Shown in pieces: positions 29,001 through 40,000 of a stretch of DNA of 64,000 nucleotides (position 1 is its first letter; every line of letters starts with the position of its first letter). Origin of the DNA: Tubiluchus corallicola. Taxonomy: Eukaryota; Animalia; Priapulida. The notes under the pieces were generated by a model. That model saw only the letters and a program-made list of their open reading frames with translations, made no database searches and was not told the DNA's origin. The DNA lies in NCBI GenBank assembly GCA_030141605.1, contig JAQGDQ010000664.1:52455-116454 (forward strand). Reading direction: 5' to 3'. The position numbers were made by a program, and so were the translations under genes.

Positions 29001-31922
29001 TTTTTTACTGCAGACTAAAGTGGGTCAGTCAATGAAGCAAGTTTTCTTGGAAGCACAGCTTGAAGTTCTGGAAAATGCCGTAAGTGAAAGAAGCAATGAT
29101 GTAGTGTATTTTTCAGATAGTAAAGTATTGATGAAATTGCCGTGTTGTGAACGAACAGAAACAATTTCCAAAATCTCAGCATGTGAATAGAAGTTTTTCT
29201 TTTATTCAGTGCAAGCTCTAAGTAGTTTGCCGCCCTAGGCAGAAATATTTTAGCACCTCCTCAGCAGTCATTTCCTTTTCTTATGGTCCCAACCGTACCC
29301 CCAAAATTGCTCCTCTTCGAGAGCAATCATATTTCTACAATTTCTTGACTAAATTTTCTGTCAACTTTTCCTCAAAAATTTTTTCAAACCCTAATTTTTT
29401 TCATCGTTTTCACTAGTTTCGTTATCTCCACTACTCTGGTCTGGTTGCATACACTTCATTAGAGATATCTTTAGACATATTTTTATATCGTTTCATTTAA
29501 TTAAATTGTTGTGCTCCTTAAGCAGTAATTGCACATACATTATGTTATTGCATATTCTAAACTTAAAAATTAAAGAACTACTTCCAGAATTGGCACCCCC
29601 CCCGAAAAATTTGTCACCCTAGGCAACTGTCTAGTTTGACTAGTGGTAGAGCCGGCCCTGCTTTTATTTGCCAAACACTTTAAGAGAGATTTGTTTTCAA
29701 TTCCAAAACCATTGGTAGCATCAGTGCTGTAGTTTAATAGTTAATTTATGCTAGTTCTAATCTGCACCACAATTAGCGTTACACTGTTTCTCTCTTTCTC
29801 TTGTCGCTATTTTTTTGGAATGCTTGAAAATTTTTGTACTAGCTACTATGTCTGTATAGATATTGCACATTTTCATTTGCGATTCTTAATTTAAATCACT
29901 GCTACTAATAATTAAACAGGTGGTGCCACCTACATTTAAAATTATTTATTGAACTGACTCAAGTTTAATCCAGGTTGTGGCCTTGGTCTGCTGCTCAGTC
30001 ACCTGTACCTGCTGGGCTTTCCATATATGGCAGTGTAAATTGCTAGTGAGTTTCACCAGCCAATCTGATAAGCGCAGTGGGTGTATGTGACTTGGGTAGC
30101 TCTGCCACGGCCAGTATGGGCCTTTTCTTTTTTCTTGAGCATTGCTGTTGAATGGCAACCATGTGTCTTCTTATCTATAAATAATTGTGTAGCATGCAGG
30201 GCGTATTTCAGGGGGGGGAAGTGGGGATATTTCCCCGGGGCCTCACCCTCTGGGGGGCCCTCGCACCAAGGTAACATTTTTTCTTGCTTTATGCGAACAT
30301 ACTGCCTCCTCTCTCCCCCTCTCTCTCTCTCTTGCCGCAGGCGCGCCGTTTGCCACTATTGACAAGTATTAAGGACTGGTCTTGAGAATAAAGCAGTTTT
30401 TCTTTCAATTGTTCTTTCCTTTAACAACGGTATAACTCCATATTTTCTCTTCGAAAATGCTTCTCCGGCGTTCTAGCAGTTCAAAAATTTTCTGGGCGCC
30501 TCGCTTAGGCTGAAATGTAAATAGAAATAAAGTCTGTCACAATTCACCACAATTTCATAGATTTGTTTCAACCACTAGAGAGAACCAGCATGTAACTTCA
30601 GTCTTATATACTTTAAGCTCTCTACAAATTCAATCCTTCTATGCTGTCAGCTAAAGGTTTTCTACAATAGATCCTGCAAGTTATTACAAAAAAAACAAGG
30701 TTGTGACATTTTATGCAACTAGAAGTGGTACAAAAGGTACAAGTTTAGCAAAATAAGGAAGTGAAGATGTGTGACTTGGGAACTGATTTCCACAGAGACA
30801 AAACTTTGAGTGTTTAAATTGTTAACAGATTTAACCAAAACAGTTGTACATTTCTGAACAAGTCACTACTTAAAATTCGCCACATGAATATTCGTTTTTC
30901 CTCACTGAGACAAAAAATAGCTAGCGATTGTATGGTCGATGAAACTTCACTGAGCAGTTTTCCTCATGATTAACCACTCTATTTAATTACCACACCCAAC
31001 GTTGCTTAACTTCCTTTATTAAGTGCACACTGAGCACTCAATCAGATGTCTGTGCTTTTCTTTGCACCATTCATTGTAAATTTATGTGTTGAAAATGAAT
31101 GTTATAATGTAACAAAACTAGTCTCTGTATCTTTCTGTCATATTAGTAGCCAATGGTGAGCAGACTTAATAACTTGATTCCATCGAGCAAACTTCTAGAC
31201 TGTGATAATAATTTCATTAATTTAGCAGTGATGTTTTGCAAACTAGAAGTTATAACTAGATGTTACATATCAGATGGTTTAGTCTAGTGGTAACGCATAC
31301 GCTTTCCATCTGGGCGGTCATGGGGTCAATAGAGCGGAGGGGATCAGCCTTTAGACCAAAGACTTTAAACATGGTGCCTGCTGTTGCCCTGCCTGGCGTG
31401 TGGTATTTAGGGTAAAAGTGGGGTAATAATAGTCTCTGTTATGTAGGTGTAGATTGTTATTTGCAGTTAGTCCAAAAGCCCTTTGGAGCTTATGTTAATT
31501 GTTGATCCAAAAATGCAGATTTTAAATAATTATGATTATTTTATAACGAGTTTTGCTGAATTACCATTATGGTGACTGAAATTGTATTGATCACAAGCTT
31601 TGCAGTCCCGTTAAATAAATCCAACATGCAGAGTGTCCATTAAAAAACTGTTTTTTTAAGTTTCTATGAATGCGTTGGTAAATGAATTTACATATTTGCC
31701 AAAATTACGTCACTTATATAAAAACCGTAACTAATTTTTGAAATGAAATTCTGAAAGTTCGACTACATTTTTGTGCAGACTTGTTTAAAATATTGTTTAA
31801 AGAGTTTTGAGATGTTGCAACCAAAAGGTTTACGCATATTCAATCTTTCATTTTTTCAGCGCAAACAGAAGGTGGAATGGATAAATCATGTGTTGCATAC
31901 AGCACAGATGACGATGTTATGA
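1948..31922 (+). CDS. Large disordered protein with C-terminal coiled coil, tentatively SYCP2-like meiotic axis protein; 5' end not resolved, probably outside the window
   Basis: 22 phase-consistent exons spliced by hand: 1948-2014, 2629-2770, 4874-4951, 6304-7290, 7992-8222, 8918-9054, 9783-10073, 11341-11520, 13005-13262, 13677-13882, 14001-14236, 15335-15648, 16607-16795, 18233-18380, 19951-20021, 20937-21035, 21977-22065 (GC donor), 22548-22647, 25859-25917, 27531-27609, 29014-29079, 31860-31922 (TGA). About 1360 codons, S/K/E-rich with many S/T-P and S/T-Q sites. The C-terminus is helical (YQQFEDDWKNRVRKRRHLMVDYNKKASHELSRLEE...VLKLKAMQHSLKTELDKLQAEH...RKQKVEWINHVLHTAQMTML*). Gene structure is well supported; the SYCP2 identity is inferred from architecture only (about 0.4). 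Confidence 0.8.
2970..3480. mobile_element. hAT-type MITE family A, copy 1
   Basis: Ends CAGTGGCGGCTTG / GAGCAGCCACTG; body is the reverse complement of 27911-28447 and related to 34422-34778. This copy lacks a matching TSD. Confidence 0.8.
6058..6182. repeat. Compound (ATT)n/(GTT)n/(GCT)n microsatellite
   Basis: Direct reading. Confidence 0.95.
8790..8887. repeat. (TTA)n microsatellite
   Basis: Direct reading; produces the poly-Leu of ORF 8752..9060 just upstream of the real acceptor at 8917. Confidence 0.95.
11535..12025. repeat. About 83-bp minisatellite, about 6 copies (one internally shortened)
   Basis: TACACTACTTCGAAATTAATTAGTAGTTTG recurs six times immediately after the exon ending at 11520. 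Confidence 0.95.
14412..15285. mobile_element. hAT (Ac-like) non-autonomous element
   Basis: TIRs TAGTGTTTGCATCGGGTA / TACCCGTGTAAACACTA, GGGTACCC subterminal motifs, perfect 8-bp TSD CAAGAAGC (14404-14411 and 15286-15293). Confidence 0.9.
19141..19625. mobile_element. Second copy of the Kolobok-like family seen at 1207-1723
   Basis: Colinear similarity from TTAAAGGAAAACAGGACGATTTTTCATATGCTAC to GTGAATTTGTGTTTGTGTG. Confidence 0.75.
21103..21686 (-). mobile_element. Bipartite (internally deleted) non-autonomous RTE-clade retroelement
   Basis: 19-bp TSD TTGCTCTACATAATTAAAC (21084-21102, 21687-21705). On the minus strand: RTE-type 5' UTR motif TGCCGGTCCCAAGCCCGGATAAA...GTCAGGAAGGGCATCC, then frameshifted RTE ORF C-terminus (RPALIYGLE...EMRMLRWMVGITRRDKIRN...WYGHLKRR...RRRPKRRW...R..WRR), then an (AAG)n tail. 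Confidence 0.9.
22199..22345 (+). mobile_element. Degenerate tRNA-derived SINE (MetaSINE-like)
   Basis: A-box-like TGGCTCAGTGG, decayed B-box, then CCAAAGATTTAAAAAATG core shared with the copies at 31273 and 47231. Confidence 0.6.
22921..23510. repeat. (AAC/AGC)n microsatellite followed by C/A-rich low-complexity tract
   Basis: Direct reading; explains the poly-N/T/L/V/C/H ORFs. Confidence 0.9.
24108..24586. mobile_element. Tc1/mariner (pogo/Tigger-like) MITE
   Basis: TA on both sides; TIR CAATCAACCTCGG / CCGAGGTTGACTG (1 mismatch); internal CCTTATA-type subterminal repeats. Confidence 0.85.
25083..25697. mobile_element. pogo/Tigger-like MITE with CGCCTAACTCAAA subterminal repeats
   Basis: Left end TAAACTTCGCTTAACTCAAA is approximately inverted to right end TTTGAGTTATGCAGAGTTTACTG followed by TA; five CG(C/T/A)nTAACTCAAA motifs inside. 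Confidence 0.65.
27911..28447. mobile_element. hAT-type MITE family A, copy 2
   Basis: Ends CAGCGGCGGCTCG / CGAGCTGCCACTG; 8-bp TSD CTTATAAG / CTTGTAAG (1 mismatch). Confidence 0.85.
28515..28870 (+). mobile_element. SINE-like element resembling an RTE/BovB-type 5' UTR, with A-rich tail
   Basis: GC-rich island with GAAAGGCTTCGGGAGTAAACCCCAAGGAAAAATTCGGAGCTGGAGTCCCTAGGC and CAACTCCTGCGACG motifs that I recall from RTE 5' UTRs; ends in AAAAAAAATCAAAAAAAA; similar to the minus strand of 52697-53160. Confidence 0.55.
29207..29660. mobile_element. hAT-type MITE (CAGGGCCGGCTCTA family)
   Basis: Ends CAGTGCAAGCTCTA / TAGAGCCGGCCCTG, CCCTAGGC subterminal motifs, perfect 8-bp TSD CTTTTATT (29199-29206, 29661-29668). 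Confidence 0.85.
30197..30510. mobile_element. Probable truncated hAT-like MITE fragment
   Basis: Starts CAGGGCGTATTTCAGGGGGGGG with GGGGCC/GGCCC motifs typical of this MITE class; no second TIR found. Confidence 0.35.
31273..31513 (+). mobile_element. tRNA-derived SINE (MetaSINE-like)
   Basis: TAGTCTAGTGGTAACGC head; core ACCAAAGACTTTAAACATGGTGCCTGCTGTTGCCCTGCCTGGCG; tail shared with the 47231 copy. Confidence 0.75.
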
Positions 31923-33714
31923 TCACAGCTGATGAAGCATTAATTGTCTTGGATCACATTCTTCCTGTTTTGTTAACTTTTCTTTATTTTTTGGCATATT
32001 CTGCATTTTAGATTATAAAATTATTTCTGCTTTTAGTTTCAGACATTTGCAATTTAATGTTTAAAATGTTTTCCAAAAAGTTATTATTCATTGTGTTATT
32101 TAAGTTTTTTAATGTGTTAATAGAGTGAGGCCTTTAATCATTTATTGGTGACTTGACCCTCTGCAAGAGTCGTCTGCATTCTCATTATAATTGTTATGCC
32201 ACACCAGATATATTCATTTTGGCGCCATCTTGTGTGTGGAAAATGAGTTGTCAAATGGATCAAGCCAATACTTCTGTTTTACAATGCAGGAACATCTAGT
32301 GACATTTAGTAAGCCTATTATTAAATACAATTTTTAATTTTCAAAAAAATCATTTTTATTCTTTAATTAAATTACATTTTTAGAAAACAGAGGTAACTCT
32401 TTCATGCAGTTACTGCTTTTGAATTAATCGTTAATTAATATAGCTTGAGTTAATAATGTTATATGTAATATTATACGTAATATTAGTTTATCATTATTTA
32501 TATGTTATTGTAATTGTACGTTATTTAACTTCCTTTTAAACAAACAGTATTTTGAAATAAGACTATTAACTTGCAATTTCCGTCCAGGTTACTATATTTT
32601 GTAATTATATTTGTTACATTTTCATTTTTGGTTGTTCATATTTTATTTGTTGGCCCATATGTGAGTTCTCTAAGTTATTTAACACTAAGTTATTGTCACA
32701 TATGGTACTTTAAATAAATTATTGTTATTTGCCAAAAATTTATTGCTGGCTACTTATCATTAATTGTTAACATAGATAAAACTGTTACTACTTAAATAAT
32801 TTTTTAAAGGCAAAAATAAAACTGATTTTTTAAACTTGTGTTGTGAGCATCTATACATGTAGTTAATTGCAGTTAACACATATTGCAGGTTCAGATAGAG
32901 CTTCCAGTCAAAAGAACATTAAAAAACTTTTTTTAAAACAAAATTGAATGACAATAAAAATGGTAGATCTACATGTATGCAGCACTGTGCATGCTTAAAA
33001 TATAATGGCAATCACCCTAGAGTTGTGAAGTACATATATAATGATCCAGGCCAGGCTTGCCTTAATACTACAATTTTTATTAGATTTTCACATGTTGTGT
33101 ATAGATGCTTAAAATGCAAGACATACAGATACTTTTTAGAAGTATTTGCACAACACAGGTAATCCTGTACACAATTTGCAGTGTGTTTTTTACGTCTCCA
33201 TGGATTTTCTAGAACAATAATAAATAAAATGTCAACTTTGGACGTATATATAATAAAAAAAAAATTAGTGAAAAAAGTGATTCTGTCATCTGATTATAAT
33301 ATTTAAAATTTTAAAAAAACCTTAACATGGCGTACGTCACTGCAAGTTACAATAAACTTCAGTCAGTAACGAACACACCTAAGATGAGAAAATTTAGTGA
33401 TGATTTATATAAAATATAGTTAGCAGATCTATTTACACAATACAAATACTTTGCTGCTTCGCTGCTACAGGGCCACCCCTACTAACTAATGCTTTGGTCT
33501 GTGAATGACATAAAAATTCTGTACGCCGGATTTATAATAATTATTAAAGGTATAATCCTATCATGCATTACATCACATTATATAATATGTGCGTGCACAT
33601 GAAAGCATGCTGTAATTTTAACTTGCTTTTGAAATAAGGAAAGCAGTGTTGTTTGCGATTAATTGAGAATGGTGGCGTGAAATTTTTATTACGTTTGCAT
33701 TAGTTTTTTAAGAC

Positions 33715-34020
33715 ACAAAAACATGGCGGCAATTTTTTCTCGTTGTGTTGTTTTCATAGCTTCGCCAACAATGTCAAATATTTATAAATTTATGAATCTA
33801 GTGAATTATTTACCTAGATTTGTCGTTATGTAATTAACTCTGTCATTAACGTTTGTCAGAATTTGAACTAAATATTAACGACAGTAGCAAAATGAGGTAC
33901 GTATTTTGACACGGGTACGTTATCCTGTAGTTGAGCGAACACGCCGTAATCAAGCATTGACGTCATCAGCGCGCCGTGGGCCGCGCCATTTGTCGGTCGC
34001 CATTTAACTGTTTTGTATCA
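33715..34020 (+). promoter_or_regulatory. CpG-enriched promoter / first-exon region of the zinc-finger gene
   Basis: Local CpG enrichment; YY1-type AAAACATGGCGGC (33718-33730) and two CGCCATTT cores; perfect CRE TGACGTCA (33958-33965); surrounds the AAAATGAG|GTACGT start and donor. Confidence 0.55.
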
Positions 34021-37000
34021 TACGTAGCTGTAACGACATTGGTGTGTAGTGTATTTGGAGTACGTGTAGGTACTAATGAATCTCTAAATTTTTGAGAGAA
34101 AGGTACCTTATTGTAGAACATTCTCTGAAATGCTGAAAACTTCAAAGCTCCATTGATTGTGATAAGTCTAGTGTATAGGTTTGAATACCATCAAGACGTT
34201 TGGAAAAAGTCATGGCACTGTTTGCATAATTTTCTGTTGGCTGAGTGCATTTAAATATATTGAAGATTAGATATAGAGATACAGCTTACTTTGTTGCCTA
34301 ATTAGTAAGTACAAAAATTGAGTTGCAGTGGGTTTGTGGTTCTCAGGTTTTTCATGAAAAGCCATGGCAGACTTTTGTAAGATCATAATGAAGCTAACTT
34401 AATAAATTTAATACAATTGCTCAGTGGCGGATTGTAGCTAAGATTAGTGGGGTTGCTGCTTCAGAAAATTTTTACCATCGTTTTAGTATTGTGTTAATTT
34501 CTTGGAGATGCATGGAGGGCATGATTAAATTATTTAAATTTTCTGTAAAATAAAAAAACCAAAAAAACTATGAATTAAATAGAACAGCTGGATGCATGCA
34601 TGCAACGGCCAAACATTGCGTCACTGGAACTGAAGAGCGCGAGTCCATCACATGCTGTGGTTCCGTACAAGGGTTTACAAGTATAAAGAAAAAAGACTCA
34701 TATTGAATGTTATCGATAATATTGAGTGAAAATATGGGGTGCTGCAGTTCCATAATGCTTATACATGAGCGGCCACTGCAATTGCTTATGTAGAATACTT
34801 ATGCTAAACGTATTCCATCCTTGAAAACTTCGTATTAAATAGCTTAGCATCAGAAGTGAAAAACCACCACACTTCGCAAAATAATAGCATATGATAATGC
34901 AAAATATGCATACAGTTCGCATTTAATACTAAAAATGTAATACAACTGCCTTTTTAACGGTATAAATCTTTAGACGGTAAATTCTACATTTTGTGCTAAT
35001 TACACAAGTCCTCCCATAGATCTAGGAGAATATGGGGAAACTGCTAAAGAAGTTTTGAACAGCATTTTTACTAAGCAGTAAGCACAGTGTTTATGTTTAT
35101 GCATTAGCAGCTAACAGGAGTGCTTTTGCCATCACCCCTTTTTCGCTTTTTTCATGTCATCTGTATAAACAATTTGAACTCTCAGAAATATACAATTAGC
35201 AGTGCACTAGAATGTTGCGTTAGAGGGCATATATACACACACACTATATATAATCATAAATAATTGTCAGTTATATTGAGACAATCTTATTGATGAAATT
35301 TTCAATTTTCTCAAAATGATTTCATCAGAGTTAATTTGTGCACTGCCCATTATCGCCTTTTGCAGATACTCAGTAATATTGTCAACCCCCAGACCTGGTA
35401 TGTTGTTGTTTTTTACCACTGTCCATGACGCCTTTAGTTAACAAATGAATGGTACCTATTGACAGCTTTACTGCCTGTAGGCTTTGCGGTGATATTTCTG
35501 GGTAGTGTAAACCAGTATTTGCCTAAATCACATCACTAAAATTTAGGAGGCTTGGAGGCACATGGCTGCCAAAAGTAGGGCCTCCAATTTTCTGCATTTA
35601 CGGAAATGGTCAACTGAAATGGAAATAGCTGCGAAAAATGGAATTGGCCTGCTTTCCGACTTTTCTGTAAATTTAATGCATACTAGAGATGAAATTTACT
35701 TTTCCTGCAAAATTAAGGAGTTTTTCAGCCTGTTATGAAGCTTTCCCCTGAGTTTTTTTATGCAACTTGCACACCCACTACATCTTTTCAATCCGTTTAT
35801 TTTTTCGTTTGCCATGACAAATGTAAGAAATTCTTTGTCGTCCGTTTGTAACGAATATTAACACTTGTGTGAAAACATTTCCACATTTATTCAAAGAGCA
35901 CGGTGTTCCAAATTTTTTGTGCTTATTTTTAAAATTTGTTTTAACTCTTATTTTTTTGAGTGTAATTGAAACAGAATTGATGAATCTTTGAAATGGAATT
36001 TGATCAATTTTGAAACGGGAAATCGGAGGCCCTATAGGTGGCATTAGCATATAATTTATTTTTTAGGTAGACAGTTTAATTGCTATCAGATATTACTGAA
36101 AGATCTTGTATTGTGAGTGGACTAGTGGTCTAATTATAATATACATTTCTGATAATTTGTATTGAAACTGTTTTAGGGATGAAAAGATGAATTGCAATAT
36201 TTGTGGAGCGGAATTTCTGGAAGCTGTGCGATTAGCCCGTCATGTTCAAGAACATCGTGCAAAACCACACCAGTGTCAAGAATGTAAGCGAATGTTTCAA
36301 CGAGAATCGCATCTTCAGTCTCATATTCGGCACAAACATGGCGGCAAAGTCAACAAATGCCCAGAATGTGATCACAGAGAAGACAGTGTTTTATTATTAC
36401 GTAACCACATGGTTCACGAACACGGCATTGAAAGTATGCGGCGATTTCACTGGTGTTTTTGCTGCAACTTGTTTTTTGACGAACTGTCTTTGTGGATTGC
36501 GCACAACAATGATGTTCACGATGGTAAAGATCCAAGACACAGCAAACGTAAGCGTAAGAAAGCAGCCCTCGGCGAGGCAGCGAAATCCGATCATTCCTTT
36601 ATCGACAATGAAAAACCTTCGGCAAAATTATCAACTTTAACCCAGTCAGCCAGTGATCAAATTCAGGCCACTACAATTTGTCACTGTGTGGCTGAAAAAT
36701 GCAACTTTGTTTTTGCTGGAAAAAGTAGTTTGCTAGAACATGTTATTTGCTATCATGGCATCAGCAGTTTACAGACTGGTGAAATCTGTCGTGTTTGTGG
36801 ACAGCATGTAAAGGATGACTCTTCTTTGCCTGCTCACTTGACAAAGTTCCATGAAGCTCCTTATACTTGTTTAGTTGAAGATTGTACAAAGTCCTTTGAT
36901 AATTACGTCGACCTGAGCGAACATCAGAAAGTACAGCACCTTTGTATTTGTGGTATTTGTGGCTGGCAGCTTCGCTCGTTGCTTGGTTACAGAAATCATA

Positions 37001-40000
37001 TGGAAACACACTGCACTGGTTGGGGGACGCAGTGGCGTTGCTTTGTAGGAAATTGTGATAGCACATTTAAGAGTAAGACAAAACTGATTTATCATATAGT
37101 ACACCAACACTGTAAAACGCTGATTTCAGATGCGGAACTTGACAAAAGATCTATGAATACCGTGAACTACTTGTTCAATGGCGAAGCTGAGTCAACTTCG
37201 AAAGCAAATAGCAAAGTCGCAAGTACTGCCGAAGTTTCAGATGACATAAAAACGAAACATGTGGCAGACTGTATTTCTAGAGTCATTGCTGATAAAGATA
37301 TCTGTGATAGTCAACCTGTTAAAGGTAATGGTAGTGTAGAACCTTCATTGTCAATGAATGAAACTGTTTCATTAAACAATGTCAATGATTTGGCACATAC
37401 AGTAGAAGTAAGCAAATCACATACTTGGTATAAGTGTTGCACTTGTAGTAAAGCTCGTGTCAGAGTGCTGGCCAGAAATCCCGATCGTATGGCCCGCCAT
37501 ATAAGAACGCATGTCATGGAGCATTATAAAATAGTCAAAGGAATGCCTGTGCTCGGGACTAAAAGTAAATCTAAAAAACTTGCTTCTGCTATAACAGCAT
37601 CAAAAGGTGACTTGGTGAAAAAGGAGGCTCCATCCGAAAATAATACTGATGAAACACACGGCTATCGTGAACAAGCATGTGATGAGAATACAAAGCCAAC
37701 GACTGAGAGAAATACAGCTGCTGCAGTTGCATGTGATCAAAAGTTAACAACTGTAGCTGACAAAAATACAGCAGTAGTAGATGAACAAGAAAATCCAGCG
37801 TTTGTTGATGAAGTTATGAATGTGACTGCTGTGACTGGTACTGCAGGAAGTGACAAAGGAACACCAGACAATGGCAGTAAGGAGACAGCTGCACTGGCTG
37901 CTAGAGATGAAACGCAGGTGCCTCAACCAGTTGCCAGTTTAGAAACCGGGAACAGTTTACCTGCTAGTAAAGAAATCGACATCATCCCGAATGTGGTAAA
38001 TATTTTGAATTGTTTTTGCCATACTTACCAGCTAATGGAAAAGCTATACCAGATGAAGAGCTAATGCAGGCTTTTTATACTAGAAGCACTAAGCAGGTAG
38101 CTTGTACAATAATATAATGTCAAATTTAATTCTTAGTGATAAGCATCGTGATAATTAACAAAAAGAATCCCAGATTTAAAACAAAAGACAGAGATGTTTC
38201 AATTCTATGTATCCTGAAATGGCACAAGTTTAGCATGTGCATTGCAAGCATTTATAAAGTTAAGCAAGCATAAAATTTGCTTTTTCGATAATATTATGTT
38301 GATCGAATATCTTTTATTTTTTTGTAGAAAAAATATAACAGGTGGTGCAGAAAAAGCACGCCGGCATTTTGTTTGTACGATATTATAAGAAAATAATTGA
38401 ATCACTTGAGAATTACCATACTGATGTTACATATACTTAGCTGTAAACACTGAAAATTTTAGGTTACTTCTAAGGTTACAGAAGTTTTAAATGAGCTAAA
38501 AGATTAAAAAAATTATGCTGGAAAAATTTTTTAAGTCCCAGTTATTAAACTGTACAGCAAGTGCTCTGTGTGTCCACCATTTTCCAGCACTCAATTGTTT
38601 TTGGCCCTTAGTTATTTTGCATTAAATTGCTTTGTGCACATTGCCCACAACAGACGTGATGGGCATATGATGATGATGATGATGATGATGATGCCGATGA
38701 TGGTGATGATGATGCACATTGCGGTCATTGTATTATTTTTCGCTTAAGAGAATTCCAGATATCCTAGTGCTGAGGATTATGTCTTATTTTTTATTAATAA
38801 CAAGTCTTTATCCTGTAAGTCAATGTAGCTGTTTTTAGGTGATGATCAGCTAATATCGTTCCAGCGTTAAATTTTTAACATGCGTAAGGTTCCTGCCCAT
38901 AACTTTAAATCTGCTAAAGCTATAAACTTGTACACTATAAACTATAAGCTCACACAAAAGCTAATGTACTGTGATTTGTGAATTTTTCGGTTTTGTAGGA
39001 TGATTGCGTAGATATTATTGTACTCTAAACTTTGGTGCATTTTTTGTGCGCCACCCGATATTTACTCATCGATAATCTGCTGGTACCTAAATTTTAAGAC
39101 TAATTTAAGAATTATTGCTATTACTATTTTGTTTTTAATTTTGATAGTCCACAACATTCAACATTTCCCCTCTTTGACACATGTTACACAGTATACAGCA
39201 TATAGGTTAATGGGTGATTAAATTTTGCAGTAACGTCATATGCGATTTTTAAGCTGTGTGGTAGGCTCTAAATTTTAGTTACACACATGTTTGTATGGCA
39301 ACGATTCGATTTGAAGAAATATGTAAAGATCAGATGTTTTCTTGATGTTTTTTTTGGTAAATTTGTTGTTAAATACCGTATATACTCGCATATAAGCCTA
39401 CATCGCATAAAAGCCGACCCCCTAAAACTGCTTTAAAATGGCCAGTTTTTGCAAAAACCCGCATATAAGCCGACCATCAACTTGTCTAATTTTACAACAT
39501 ACCCAATCAACAAAATTGATCCCTTTTTGTCACATTTTGTTACGTTTTCTTTTTTCTCCAGGCATGGTGTATTGCACAAATAATTTTACAACTAAAATTA
39601 TCAAAATTCAGCACACTTTTAAATTTTGTGGCCGCGTGCTCACGTTTGCCTCATTGGTTTGCTGTTCCTCTATAAGCCACGTGACCCTCGTCTCCCCACG
39701 CGCTGCCTACCAATTGGCTGATGACGTCGGCTTGGTTACGGCTCGCAACTGGTGACACACAGTGGTGTATTGCTAAATAAAAAGTAGGTGGACGGCTAGT
39801 CTCAGGACTTACCATTTTACATTCACAAATTTGAAAGAAATTGACATTATTTAAAACCGTTTTTTGAAAAAATGAAAACAAGTAGATTTAATATTAAACC
39901 CGTATACATTTTTAATATTTTTTATCTAATGAATACAAAAAGCAGACATTTATTGAAATGTGAATTTTTTCTAAAAAAAAAAGTGGGTGGACGGCGATCC

